A stretch of 64,000 bases of DNA, from assembly GCF_009834535.1 (NCBI RefSeq), contig NC_045698.1:994001-1058000 (forward strand). Reading direction: 5' to 3'. Both the position numbers and the translations under genes were made by a program. This DNA is from Camelus ferus. Its lineage: Eukaryota. Of the stretch, positions 1 to 12,930 are shown piece by piece. Numbering within the stretch: the first letter of the stretch is position 1; every line of letters begins with the position of its first letter. The notes beneath the pieces were generated by a model. It did no database searches. It had not been told where the DNA came from and worked only from the letters and a program-made list of their open reading frames with translations.

Positions 1-187
1 GTGCTGGTTACCCATTTATATGTTCTTCACATACACAAATATATGTACCATCGTTTGCCTACTTTTTTTTTTTTTTACTGTGGTCTTCGTTTACATTATT
101 AAGTTGCCAAAGAAGTTCACTATATACTCTAAATATAAACTCCAAATATATATTTTGGGAATGTTGCCTCCCAAAATATGGTCTGAC

Positions 188-263
188 TATTCAGTTGAAA
201 ATTTACTGTACACCAGAAGTTGACACAACGTTGTGAGCTGATTGCACTTCAATAAAAAAGAAA
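188..263 (+). mobile_element. Short 5'-truncated L1 3' end (camelid-type)
   Basis: ctgtacaccagaagttgacacaacgttgtgagctgattgcacttcaataaaaaa resembles the L1 terminus at 28470-28530 in this window (tgcactggaatttgacacaacattgtaaaatgactgtaactcaataaaaaaa). Confidence 0.7.
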
Positions 264-269
264 GTTTAA

Positions 270-3200
270 ACTTTGGTGAAGTCTGGTTATCAAGTTAGTG
301 GCTGTTGCCTCCCGTCTTTGTCTCAGGAGACGCGGCCCATCCGGGCTGGGACGCTCTCCTTCTGTGCCTTCTTCCGCAAGTCCGTGGCTCTCGTGTTCAC
401 ACTTGGGTCTGAGCTGAGTTAACTTCTGTGTTTGCTGTGCGGTTGGGCTGGGGCTCGCTGTGTCCGTGTGGGTATCCAGCTGTCCCGGAGCCCTGTGTTC
501 AGAGCCCTGTTTCCCAGGCCGGCGCTTCGGTCTTTGTCGGCCTCCAGCGCCCCCGGCAGCAGGGACTGTGTCCGCGTCGGGGTGTCGGCCGCCCTGCCCA
601 GCTCTGCGCTCCCCTGTTACCGCAGCTCTCATGGGCCTGGGAGTCGGCAGGGTTTCCCCCAACTCAGGCGTCTTTTCCATCGCTTTGGCTATTCTAGGTC
701 CTTTTCTTTCTTAAATATAAATTTTTAATTAGCCTGCCAGTTTCTACAATAAAAACCTCTGCTGGCATTTTCAAAGGGTTGTATTTAAATAACAGACATA
801 TCCGGGGAGAACAGACAGCTTAATTGTGCTGAATTTTCCAGTCCAGAACATGCTGTATCTCTCCATTTATTTAAATCTTCTCGAATTTGTCTCAGAAATG
901 TTTTGTAGTTTTCTCTGTGGAAATGTGCACATTAAAAAACCACATATCCTTAGTACTTTGTGGGTTTTGATGCTATTGTAAATGAAAGATCTTAAGTTTT
1001 ATTTTGCAGTCGTTTGCTGCTGGCACATGAACGTACAGCTGATTTTTGTTTACTCACCTCAAGTCCGACGCGTGTGGCGAGCCCACCTGTAACGTCTAAT
1101 GGTTGTCTGAAGACCAGGCCAGCGCTGCCAGGAAACGGCGAAGTGAGCAGCCGTGTCTCGCTTCTCAACTTAGCGGGAGAGTTCTGCCAGATGCCTTGTA
1201 TTTCACTGCTGAAACGATGGTGCGGTGTTTCTCGTCCAGTGGGTTAACACAGTGAACTAGGCCGGCTGGCGTTGAGCTGGTCTGGCGTTTCTGGCGTTTC
1301 TGGCGCCAGGCCTCTTGGCCACGACGCGTCACAGCGGGCGCTGCAGGGAAGGAGGCCCGGCTCTCCGCGCCGAGTGAGTCGCTGGGCTGGACTCGTCAGC
1401 GCCGTGCTCCTGAGGGAAACGGCCGTGGCTTTCCGCTCTTGGAATGCCGTCCGCTGATGGCGCTAGTGTCGGCCTGACTCCGTGCAGTCAGCTGGAAGGG
1501 CTTCCCTCCCCTCCGTCCTCTGAAGGAGCTTCTATGCCGTCGTCGCTCTTTCTTTCTTGTCTGGGACAACTTGCCAGGAAAGAGTCTGGATCTGGAGCCT
1601 TTTATTAAAAAATTAGTATCATCAACCGACGTCACTCTGTTTGCAGTCTTCTGTCTTTTGCGTTCTGGGAGGCGGTTTTAGGCAATCCGCTTCCTCCTTC
1701 CGAGCCGCGCAGTTAGTGGCGCGCGTTCGTGCGGGGTGTCTTTTTACTAAGGTGTGCTGGGTCTGCAGCAACGTGCCTTTTTTCCCCTTTCGGGCTTTGA
1801 AATTTGTGATTTCTGTTTTCTTGTCCATTCTTGATGAGTTTTACCAATTTTACGAGTCTTCTCACAGGACCAGTTGTTAAACGTCCTCTCCCCTGTCGCA
1901 CGTCTGCTGCGCTGCGGACTTCATTTCTGGCTTCCTTCTGTTACCGCTAGGCTTTGCTTGCAGGTGTGCCTCCGTAGTGCTTTTAGGGAGAAGCTTAGAT
2001 AATTGGCTCCTATTCTTTCCTATTTTAAATACAAGCTTTGAAACTGTAAATGCACCTTTCACATAGAGCTTTCGCTACGTCTCGCCGGTGCCAACACGCC
2101 TCATTTCAGTTAGCTTTCAACTGACAACATGTTGCAGTTTTCACCGTGATTTCTTCTTTGAGTCGCGTGTTTCGGCTACTGATTCCTGGGTTCCTTACAC
2201 CAAGCAGAGAACATAGTCTGTGAGAATTTGGTTCTTAGACATAGCTTGGACTTACTTCCTGGCCAGAGTGGTCAGTCTAAACAAATGTCCCATTTATACC
2301 TTTAAAAAATGTATGTTCCGCAGTAGCTGATGGAATGATCGACATACGTCCACTCTTTCGTTACCTAGTTGTGTGATGATAATCTGTGTTTTTACTGATT
2401 TTTGGTCTTTTTTTCAATCAGTTATTGAGACATATGTCTTTAAAATCTTCAGCTATATTGGCCTATTTATTGAATTCTGTACTTTCTCTATTTTCCAGTT
2501 GTGTGTACAAATGTAGGTTTTTAATATCCTTCTGTTCTATGACTCATTTATTGTCATGAAATATCCCCATGACGCTCACCTCGGGTTATGCCTTTCCTTG
2601 CAGTAACGTCGCACGACCTCTCCTGTGTGACCTCTGCTCTCCCCTTGTCTAGGGCTTGCTTGTTCCCCGTGCTTTGCCTCAGCCTCGGTCGCTGTGCTTC
2701 ACGTATGTCTCTTGTAAGCAGCATATAGTCGGAATGTTTTTTCTTTTAAAGAAGCCAGTCTGACAGGCTTTCTCATAATTAAGGTGCTTAGTCCATTAAC
2801 ATTTAATTTCCTACACTCGTGGTTGGATGGCCAGTCTAACGTCTTGTCGTTTGCTCTCTGCTCATTCTGTCTGCCCTTTGTTTGTGTTCCTCCTTTCTTT
2901 TTCTAGATCAACCAAGTGTTTTTGTTGCTTCATTTTCCCCTCCTCTACTGGTATTATGGTGACATGCTTCTCACCTCCCCGTAGTTTACAAAGCACGCAT
3001 ATTTAATTTATAAAAATCTTAAATTAGTACTTCACCCCTTCCTGAGCAAACAGTGAACCTGCAGAAGTTTTTTTGTCATGTTCCCACTCTCGCTTTCTGT
3101 GCCATTGGCGTTATGTTTTGCTTCTACCTTTGTTAGGAGCACTGCAAGATGTCTTCATGGTCGTTGCTGTAAGCAATGAACGCTCTCCGACCTGCTCTGA

Positions 3201-4160
3201 AGTTGGCCCTTCCTCGTGCTCCTCATAGCCTCGCGCGTTTGCATGCTTTCTTTCCTTTCCTTCAGGCAAAGTTTTGTTTTTTATACCTTATAATGCAAAT
3301 TTATACAATTTTGGGGTGCAAACATCTTTATGTTGCCTCCAGCATTTAAAGAATACTTTGCTGGGTGTGGACGTCTAGGCTGGCCGTCTTTTCCTTTCCT
3401 TCCAGCACAAAAAGGCAGCTTTCCAGTGTCCTGTGACTCCCGTGGTTTCTGTCGAAAAGTCACTCATCGGTCTTACTGTTTTTCCTCTTTGAAAGCACTG
3501 CCGTTTTCCCTCTGGCTAAGTTTTAGGTTTTTTTCTTTGTAGCTGGTTTTCAACAGTTTGACTATAAAGTGTCCAGGCATTTTTTAAACAAAGTGTTTGT
3601 GTTTATGGAGCTTCTTGTGTCTTCGTGTTGACACCTTTCCTCTTGAAAACCCTGGTACCTTCGTACACAGTCCCACTCCCTCGCTTTTTCCTTGTGGGAT
3701 GGGATTATTTGACAATTAGTCCTTTTTTCTTCATAAGCTCTATGTATCCTTTTTAGTCTATTTTGTTCTTTTCATTCTTTCTGGGTTTCTGTTCAGTATT
3801 ATTATTAACCTGTTTTTCCGTTGTTTAATCCTGTTTTCAGCTATGCTCAATCTATTAGCAATCCCTCTTGATGGAATGGTAAATTCACATACTATATTTT
3901 TCAGCTGTAGAATGCCAGTGAAATTCTTCTGCGTGATTCCTATTCTCTATTGGGTTTTCTTATCTTTAATCTATTTTATCTCTTGCCTATTTTAAAATTA
4001 TATTTATGAGTTATTTTAAAGTCCTTGTTTGGTAACTCCCAAATCTGATTTATCTGTGAATATGGTTGTAATTTCTGTTATCTTTCTATTAACTATTATC
4101 AAGTTTTCCCTCTTTATGTTTCTCATAGCATTTAATGGTATGTTGGACAGTGTGATCAAA
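270..4160 (-). mobile_element. Old degraded LINE-1 (L1M-type), antisense, ORF2 towards ORF1
   Basis: T-rich antisense L1 signatures, e.g. ctttggctattctaggtcctttt...aaatttttaattagcctgccagtttctac (682-750), tatctctccatttatttaaatctt and gtctcttgtaagcagcatatagtcgga. No intact ORF; boundaries approximate. Confidence 0.75.
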
Positions 4161-7100
4161 AGAACCAGGAGTCAAAGGTGATGTCACTTCACCTGGAGGT
4201 GTTTCGTCTGCTCTTCTCTTAGGAAGACAGGGCAAGGGCAGGTCACGTCCACCAGCTGGGGATTACCCTGGATTGGGGTTGGGGGGTCATTGGAGCTAGA
4301 CTCAGTTCACCCTGAGTCGTTCGTCTTCTTAGGGTTTCAAAACCTGGCCAACTTCTTGATGGGAGAGCCACCATGCTTGCTGCAGGCCCCTCACTTAAGT
4401 GGGAACTTCATCTCTCAAGTACTGAGAGTACAGGAACTTCATTTTGCCTCTGGCCCAGCGCCGAAGCTCCAGCTCGTCTGGCTCTCGCCGCTCCCACTGC
4501 TCTCTAAGGTCTTCAAAGCTGTGATGTTTTCATTTTGCCCAGCTTTCCCTAGACTTCACAGCTGTGCATGCCCTGCTGATACCTGCTACATTTCACTTGG
4601 AAGTTAAAGTCCCAATAATGTTTTTCTTTAAATGCACATTATTATCTACATTGACTTCCACTGATGAAGGAAGTTATTTAAAGCCAGTTAATGCAACAAT
4701 TTAATCCATAAAACCCTCATGTTCATGGGGGGCCCTGGAATTCGATGGAGGCTGCACAGGAAAGACATGATGTAGGGGACACAGGATGTCCCAGTGAAGT
4801 CTCCTCTGCCTCCTCCAGGCACTTTGATGTGTCCCACCACCGACTGTGTTCCAGGCTCCCTTCTGCTATGTCCAGCTGTGGGTGGGGAGAAAGCGTGAGG
4901 AGACAGATCGCAGGAAACGCTGAATGGGGAACGATGAGGAAATTCATTAGTGGGAGGAAAAGGAAAGATGTTGGACGGCCTATTCTGAGTACTTTCGCCT
5001 CCAGAACCAGACTCAGAATAACATCCCCCAGAGAGAATTCAGGAAGCCCCTCTGGCCCCTCAGCCCGTCTGAGGCTGCAGAGCCTCCCCACTGTGGTTGG
5101 GACCCTGGGCTCTGCCCTCTGCTCCCAGACTTGGCTGCCCTTCCTGTGCGCCCAGTCTTGCCCCAGAAAGGGGACCAGGCACTGATCTACACACAGTTAG
5201 CTCGTGATCCTTCAGGAGGTGGAAAGACAAGATTCTTGCAAACACCGTGAGTGTCTGCTGGCTGAGCTGATGCAGAGTGGGAGGGCCCCGCCTGGCACTT
5301 GTTAACTGACTGCGGCCTGGGAGAGACAAAGGGAAAGCTCAGCTTGGAGGCATCTGTTTGCTTGTGAACTGTGACAGAGACACGGAGAAGCCTTTCCCTG
5401 TATCATCAGCCCAGGGAGAGCCATTTGGAGGATGGGAGTGCTAGCCATCAATCTCCCCGGGCACGCGGTGTCTCTGTTTAATAGCTGATAGGGCGTCTCC
5501 AAAGGGCTTTTCTTGCTCTTTGTTCAAAATGACATATAATGGGCCTGGACTTATCAGTGTTTCTGAATGCATTTTCGGTGCTCCGTCCCCACTGGGGGAT
5601 TTGGTCCATTCTAATGGATATGTGCAGGATTGATTTTGGGCTTGGTATAATTTAATCCATCAATTCAACATTAAGTGAATATGCAAAGGAGTTTCTTTGC
5701 AGATGAAAAACAGAAGAGGGACATTCTTATTAATTTGAAGTGGACTTGAGAAACGGAAGTCACCTGCTGCTGTTAGTGTCTGCTGTAGAGTCCGGTGACT
5801 GGGCCATTAGGGGGCTATGTGGGTCCTGAGCAGCTAAGACCAGTCCCCAGCCATTCAGGGGTTCTGGAAGCCCAGCGCTCATGGGAATGGAGGACTGTGG
5901 CCCTGCTGAGGGCTTCACTGGGTGAGGAGAGCTGGCATTGTGGCTCTGAGCTCTGAGTAAGAGGCCAGGACCCAGAGTGCTGGTGCATTATTTGAAATCA
6001 CATCAAAAGCCCAGGATTGGACAACAGAGTTAACTGATTTCAGATTTCTCTGGTCCCAGACGTGTGACCAGAATGAAACATTGAACAAAACGGCGGGGGG
6101 GGAGGGAGGGAGAACAAAGGTCCTCTCAAGCTCACACGGCAGCTGGGGAAACACAGAGCCCTTAGCCCCACGGTGACGTCTGGAGGCGCAGCCAAGTCTG
6201 CAGCCTCGAGCCTGCGTGGTGCTTGGGGACCTGGCCCTGGCCCTTTACAAGGTGGTCAAGAGCGAGGCAGCCCAATTTAGGTGGTTGCCGGAGCTGGGTC
6301 ATGCTGAGCCCCAGTGACGCTCTGACTCGCCCCAGCTGGGGCAGCAGGGCTCCCCTCTTCTGCAGCCTTTACTTTTTGAGTGCCAGACCCCTTGATTGCC
6401 CCCACCTTCTCGCCGTGAGTTCAGGAACCAGATGCCAGTGGTTTTGTTCACTGGAGGCTGGCAAGTGTCCCACCGAGAGCTTCCATCTGGGCCTCATTCT
6501 GTTTCATCACGAGCACCTTGGAGAGCTCCCTTCCAGGCTGCTCCCTGCAGGCCTGTGGATTGGGGCAGAAGCCAATCCAGGGCCTTGGTCAGCTCTGTCT
6601 AACGACAGCCAACTGTGCATGGACTGGGCCCTGTGATGGTGAGCAGGATGGAGTCAAACCCCACGGTGCCATGGACCACTACTGCTATAAACCTGTAGGT
6701 TTAAATACAACTTTAAATACATGAAAGTCTTCTCAGATGTGCGAGCTAATAGAAAGCAGATGCAAACCCTGTTTCCACTGCAGCCAGCCTGATCGCTATC
6801 TGACAACTTTCTTCACTGTAGAACCCAGAGCAAATTAGACATCTGATTCTTCTTTACCTTCAAGTATAATGTAGCTCACCCTTCGAGAAAGTGGGGATTT
6901 AGGGCAAAAGTATGGTTTTTACTACTGGAGACTGTTTGAAGGATGGAAGGAGAATGTTGGTGGACAGGTGACCTCCTCACAGACCAAGCAGTCACTTTCT
7001 AATGACACTTCCATAATACCTACATGATAACTAAGGATGCACCTTGAAGGTATCAGGGTTTATAACTGCCCCCTCCCCAAAACTACTGCTGTGTAGCCGT

Positions 7101-8533
7101 CAGGAGGGTCACTGTTTCCATCAGAAAGCCTCACTTCCCATGGCTGCTAGCAGAACTGACCAGAATTTGCTTCCCCTTTGAAACAGCCCTACCATGGGCC
7201 CCAATTTATCTTCTCTGCCCTGTCTCATCACACCTGGGATATGCTCCCTCTGGTCCTCCTGGCACAAGGAGGCTGCCGCAGCCACCTGGAGCAGCAATGG
7301 CCCAGCGCGTGCAGCCTCTGTCTCCTTGGGGGTCTGCTGGGGCCCCCATGTGCAGCCGGGTCTCTGAGCTCTGTGAGCCCCCAGAAATGCTTTCTCCTCA
7401 GTTGTTCACTCTGGTGGTGTCCCTGACCTAGCACAGCTCTGTGTCAGGTGTCTGGACTCATCCTGGCTCTAGGGTTTTGTGTGGACAGGTGGACAGATGT
7501 AGGCTGTGCAGATGACTCAGGGCTCTCCCCATTCGAGCTGTCGCCTCAGGCCAGGCTGCCACAGGGGTCAGGGAGCCCTCAAGTGCTGTGTCCAGAAACA
7601 ATGACTCTAACAGGCAAAAGCACCGTGAACAGTGGGGAACTCTGACCTTCGTGGGTGCAGGGGTGCCCACATGTGTGGGTGTGTCTGCCTGGCCTGAGTG
7701 TGCTGGCAGGGACAGTGTGAGCTGGGCCTGCCACCCACCCCACGATTCAGCACCCGGGACAGCTCCCTGTACTCCAGTGATGACGCCAACCTTTCAGAAC
7801 CCTGGCCCATTCCCTCAGTTGAGATGACCCAAATCTTTGGAAACCTAGGCCTCATTGCTTCCTACAAAATAAGTGAACTTTGGCCGTGACCAGCTGACCC
7901 CATGGACACTTGGAAGAAACGATGTCTGACATTATCATCATCAGAGAGCAGGTGTGACCTTTTGTGCTGGGTGCAGCTTGGAAAGGAAGGCCGGGGGTGC
8001 TCTCTCATGTCCGTGGTCCCCCATGACCTGGCTGTCACTGGGGAGGGATCAGGCAGGGAAGCCTCCCCAGCCTCATCTACTCTGCAGAACTGGGTCCCTG
8101 AGGGCCCTGCCCATCATGTTCCTACCAGCCAACAGCCCTTCTGGGACCAGGTGCTGCCCCTCTAGGCCCCTCCCCAGTGGCTGCCGGCCTCACTTGGCAG
8201 GATCAAGACAATGGACTCTTCAGCTGGGAACAAGAAAGCTGAGAACAGCCCAATTTACACCACAGAATCTCCTTGAGGCTCAGAAACTGGCACTGGATTT
8301 CTCTGGAAATGGGGTTGAAAGGCCTTGAGATTCAAGGATGAGGATGGAGACCGTCTTGAGGATCAGATCCTCACACTCTGCTCCACTGGTGATGCCCACC
8401 CGCCCTGAGACCTTGCCCCCTGTCTGTAGCAGGTGAGCATGGCCTGGGGCTGGGGGATGGAGCTGCTTGGTGTACTCGCCCAGCCCTGCGGGACAGGCTT
8501 GCCCTGGGCCTGAAGGCACTGCTGAGGGGTGGG

Positions 8534-8990
8534 GTGTTAGCTTCCTGAGGCTTCCTACAGGCCGAGTGGTTTAAAACAAAGGGAATATATTCCTTCATTG
8601 TTCTGGAGGTCAGAGGTCTGAAACTATGGTGTCGGCAGGACTGTGTCCCCAGGGGCTCTGGGGGAGGACTGTCCTTGGCTTCTTCCAGCTCCTGTGGCTC
8701 CTGGCATTCCTTGGGGTCCTTGACTCATGGCCAGTCTCTCTTCACTCCATTGTCACTGTGTCACATCCTCTGTCTTGGTGTTTATCTTTATTGGCCTTTC
8801 TCTTACAAGGATCTGTGTAATAGCATTTAGGGCCTGCCCAAAGAACCCAGGATAATGGCTTCATTTTGAGATTTTAAACTCAATTACATCTAAAAGGCCC
8901 CTTTTCTAAATAAAGTAATATCCACAGTTTCTGGAGATTAGGGTGCAGACATATATTGAGAGGAACTGGGGGCCTGTTCAGCCCTCTACA
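8534..8990 (-). mobile_element. ERVL-MaLR solo LTR (MLT1B/C-like)
   Basis: Typical MLT1 antisense blocks: gtggtttaaaacaa, ttctggaggtcagaggtctgaaa, ggtgtcggcagg, cttcttccagctcctgtgg, caggataat, aattacatctaaaaggccc. Confidence 0.8.
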
Positions 8991-9129
8991 GATGGAAACA
9001 TTATTCTCTGGAGAATCTCACCAGCCCAGGAGAAGAGTCCTGAAGACACTAACATCCAGTGTTCCCAACAGACAGACCACTCATCTGCTAAGGGCTTCCA
9101 CTCATATGTTTAGTCCTCAGTCTTAATGA

Positions 9130-10282
9130 GGAGCATATTTTATCAAAAATCTGAGAGAAAAACAAAAGAAACAAACATGAAAGAACAATATGGAGAAAGA
9201 GAACATTTGAGGGGAAGAAATCTCTGAAAGAACTCTGTCATTAGTATTCTCAGCAAGTTAAGGAAAGATATTGTACTCCTGAAATAAGAATGCTACAAAA
9301 AGGAATGTTCAGCAAGAAAAATTGGAAAAAAAACCTCAAAATAGCAGAAATTTTAAAAAGAATTAAATGATTAGAGGATAAAGTTGAGGAATCTCACATA
9401 AAATAAAGCAGAAAAAGGACAAGATGATAGAAAATGGACCAACATTTAAATAATGGGAGTTCCAAAAAGGAAAAAAAAATACTAGAGAGAAAGGAAAAGA
9501 GGGGATGAAATCATCAATGAAATAATTCAAGAAAATTTCCTAGAATATTTGGTGTCTCAGAACAATGGGTGAAATAGATTTGGATCAAGGCGCATCATCA
9601 CAAAGTTCAGAACCCTCGGAGCAAAGAGGATCTTCTGTAAAAGAAAGACTAAGAATCAGAATGGTTTCAGAACCTTTTCATTGCAACACCAGACACAAAA
9701 AGAATTGGAGAAGGACCACGTCCCAGTAAAATGGAAAACTGGATGACAAAGTTGCTTCACAAAGCAATTTTCCAGACTAGATCTTGATATTAGGAAAACA
9801 AGACCCCCCTGGAATTTGAAACCAGAGGCTGATACTCATGGGAGTTTGTGACTGGAATTCTCATACCTGTGTGTTCTAAAAACTGCAAGCGAGAGACTTA
9901 AAGTGGTCATGGGTTGTCAGCACACCAGGAGGCTGGTGGAAACAAAGGAGCATACTTTCTGCAGGAATACACCTTCAGCTCAGTCTCAAAGAACTTCACA
10001 GAAGAAGTCCTATCTACATCATCAAGTTATAGTAAAAAGAAATTGGAAAGCACATAATAAAATGAGCATCATGACCGAGGAACAGCAGAACGAGGTAAGC
10101 AGACAGTTTAGATGTTGAAGTTATCAGATAGAATATATTGATTTACTGTGTTTAAGCAGATAAAAGAGGATTTGAAAATCTGAAAAGCAACAAACAAGTA
10201 TAAGAACAATTTAAAAAATAGAGACTACAAATTCTGGCCAAAACAGAATAACAAGAATTAGATTTATCCTCCTAATCAAAAT

Positions 10283-10314
<32 letters not shown>

Positions 10315-10850
10315 AAAACCCTGAAAACATTTGAAACAATGGTTTACAAGACACTAGACATCAGCTAGCAAAGTTCAGAGGTCCACGAGCAACAAGAAGC
10401 AGATGAGTTAAGTCCTAAAATTCCTCCAACTCGCATCCTGGAAACAGTTTCCCAGCAGTGGCGTGAGGTGGAGGACCACAGGCATAGCCTGGTAGGTGAG
10501 CACAGAGGAGACAGAGCTAAGAGTTTGTGGAGATGAAAGCACTGACATCTGCAGGATAGAGAAGTGGAGAAAGAGAGATGAGGAGAGGGAGCTCTTGAGA
10601 TATGCAGGAGGTCTCCGCTGGCTACCCAGCACAGCACTGAGCAGAGCACTGAGGGGAGAAAACTGCAGGAGGCCCTTGATTGAAGGCTGCTCATGTCCTG
10701 CCTAACACACATTAAAGCGAAATCCCCAAAGTTCAATCTGTGCCAGAGGAACTCAACTTTGTCCTTGAGCGAAGCTCAAGAATATTTATAGAAATACAAA
10801 AATTTCTATCACCCAATGAAATAAAATTCTCAATATCTGCCATCTTATTA
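9130..10850 (+). mobile_element. Mosaic of old L1 5'/ORF1-region fragments
   Basis: A-rich L1 ORF1-like text (aaataattcaagaaaatttccctagaa, aagaatcagaatggtttcaga). Highly degraded. Confidence 0.55.
10283..10313 (+). repeat. (AAC)n microsatellite, about 10 units
   Basis: aacaacaacaacaacaacaacaacaacaaca read directly. Confidence 0.95.
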
Positions 10851-11105
10851 CAGATTGAATTGTGTCCCCAAAATTGATATGTTGAAGCTCTATGGTTTCC
10901 TTTATTCTGCTGCTGCTTTCTTTTCTTCTTTTTAACTACAGACACTTATTACCTCTTAATCCTGCATGCTGAAAGTCTGAAGCCAAGGTGTCAGCGGGAC
11001 TGGTTTCTCCTGAAGTCTCTCTCCTAGGTGTGTATGTGTCCATCTTCTCCCTGTGTCCTCACATAATCAACCCCATCTCCAAATGCAACCACATTTTGAG
11101 GTCCA
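10848..11105. mobile_element. MLT1A-like LTR fragments in opposite orientations
   Basis: Sense LTR start (attgaattgtgtccccaaaattgatatgttgaagctct) followed by antisense MLT1A-like text (aagtctgaagccaaggtgtcagcgggactggtttctcctgaagtctctctcc...catcttctccctgtgtcctcacat). Confidence 0.65.
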
Positions 11106-11570
11106 GAAGAAAGAAAATGTGGAAATAAGTGAGTTTCTAAACTGGAAATGGTAACATTGCATCATTGTCCAATGGCCCCCGTAACCAGAAGGTTTTATTT
11201 AAAAGGCTCTCCTTTATTTCCCCCTGTTTCCACCCATTACCCAGAGGAAGAAGACGGACCTTTTCAACCTCCACCCCCCGGAGATTAACATTTGCCCTCA
11301 GCATGTTCTGGGGAGTCAAAAATCATGTGCAAGAAAGTGAGTTCTGCATGGAAGGAAGCTTAGAGTTTTTCCCCTGTGAGAGTGTTTTAGAAGAGAAATA
11401 AATTCAAAGGAGCTTCTGATCCTTTGCACTAGAAAAGCGACTTTGTGTTTTATTAAGGGACACCTAGCAGGGACACGGTTCCCCATGTAGGGCATTTATG
11501 CTGGCTATCAAAGACCTGGGGCACCAGAAAGGCCTGACTCATCTGCTTAAGTCAAATGAGGCTGAACCAA

Positions 11571-11624
11571 CCTTCCTTCCTTCCTTCCTTCCTTCCTTCC
11601 ATCCTTCCTTCCTTCCTTCCTTCC
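11571..11624 (+). repeat. (CCTT)n microsatellite with one interruption
   Basis: ccttccttcc...ccatccttcc read directly. Confidence 0.95.
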
Positions 11625-11634
11625 CCCAACCCTT

Positions 11635-11975
11635 CTACTTTGCAAATATGGTGAGTTACTTTGATGGGTTTTTAATGTTAAATCAATCTTGCAATACTAG
11701 AATGGACTTGGTTATGGTATATTATCATTTTTATATGTTGTTGGGTTTAACTTGCTAAAAATTTGTTTGGAATTTTTACATCCATATTAATGAGATTTTT
11801 TCTGTAGTTTTCTTTTCTTGTAAGACTTTGTATGGTTTTGATATCAGGGTAATGATGACCTTATGAAATAAGTTGGTAAAAAATTCTCTCCTCTTCAATT
11901 TTCTGGAAGAATTTTTATAGAAATAGCCTAATTCCCTCCTTAAAGATTTGGTAGAATTCACCAATGAAGCCACTT
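11635..11975 (-). mobile_element. L1 ORF2 fragment, antisense
   Basis: Minus-strand ORF 11776-11973 retains L1 ORF2-like residues (FFTNLFHKVIITLISKP); ggttttgatatcagggtaatgatgaccttatgaaataagttgg. Confidence 0.8.
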
Positions 11976-11989
11976 TGGAAGATAGTGTA

Positions 11990-12930
11990 GAATTTTATTA
12001 AAAATGATCAAGCCACTTTACTCCTAAGTATTTATCAAGAGAAATGAGAGCACAGCAATACACAAAGGCGTGTTTACAAGTGTCAGAGCAAGTTTCTTTG
12101 TAATAGCCCAAATTGGAAACAACTCAGATGTCCATCAGTAAGTGAATGCACAAACAAACTAGGGTGTGTTCATTACCTTGATTGTAGTAACAGTTTCAAG
12201 ATTGTATCCATCTGCCAAAATGTGCCTAGGTGTGCACTTCAGTATGTAAGTTTCTGGTGTGCCAATTATACTTCGATAACACTGTTACAACAGGAAACAC
12301 CATAATGTGGCGCTTATTTTATAGACATATACTGGAAAAAATGGCATTATATGCTTCTCTAAATGGAAAAATATAACCATAGAAATAAAACTCTGATAGA
12401 TGCGTCAAATAATAGTGATGACACGGATGAAGAGAGAGTACGTGGACTAGAAGGAAAACCTGGAAAAATTACCAAGACTGTAACCGAGTCAAGTAAATTA
12501 AAAGTGTGAAGCTTGGCAGATACTAAAGATGGAACAAGAAGGCCTAATACGCTGTTAGTTGGAGCTCGCAAAGGTGGTAAGTAAGAGGGCTGGGGAGAGG
12601 CAACAGACAGAGAGTTAATAACTGAGAATTATATAAAATTGATGAAAGACGTGAATGCCTAGAATCAGATGCACAAACCCAAAGCAAGGTTGATGAAAGG
12701 ACATCTGCACCTAAATGCAATGCAGTGAAATTGAAATACAAATAGAAGATCTTAAAAATACCTGGAGAAAAGGCAGATTATAGACCAAAGAAGGACTACA
12801 GTTAGACTGACATCTGACTTCTCCATCGGAAATATGGAAGCTAGAAGACAATGGAATTGCACCTTGAAAGTGCTGAGACTAAATGATTGTCAACCACTCT
12901 TGTATACCCAGAAAACTATCTTTCAAGAAC
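11990..12930 (+). mobile_element. Old L1 3' end fragment followed by an ORF1-like fragment
   Basis: tttgtaatagcccaaattggaaacaactcagatgtccatcagtaagtgaatg (L1 3' region), then agactgacatctgacttctcc...gaagctagaagacaatggaa (ORF1 C-terminal region). Confidence 0.7.
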
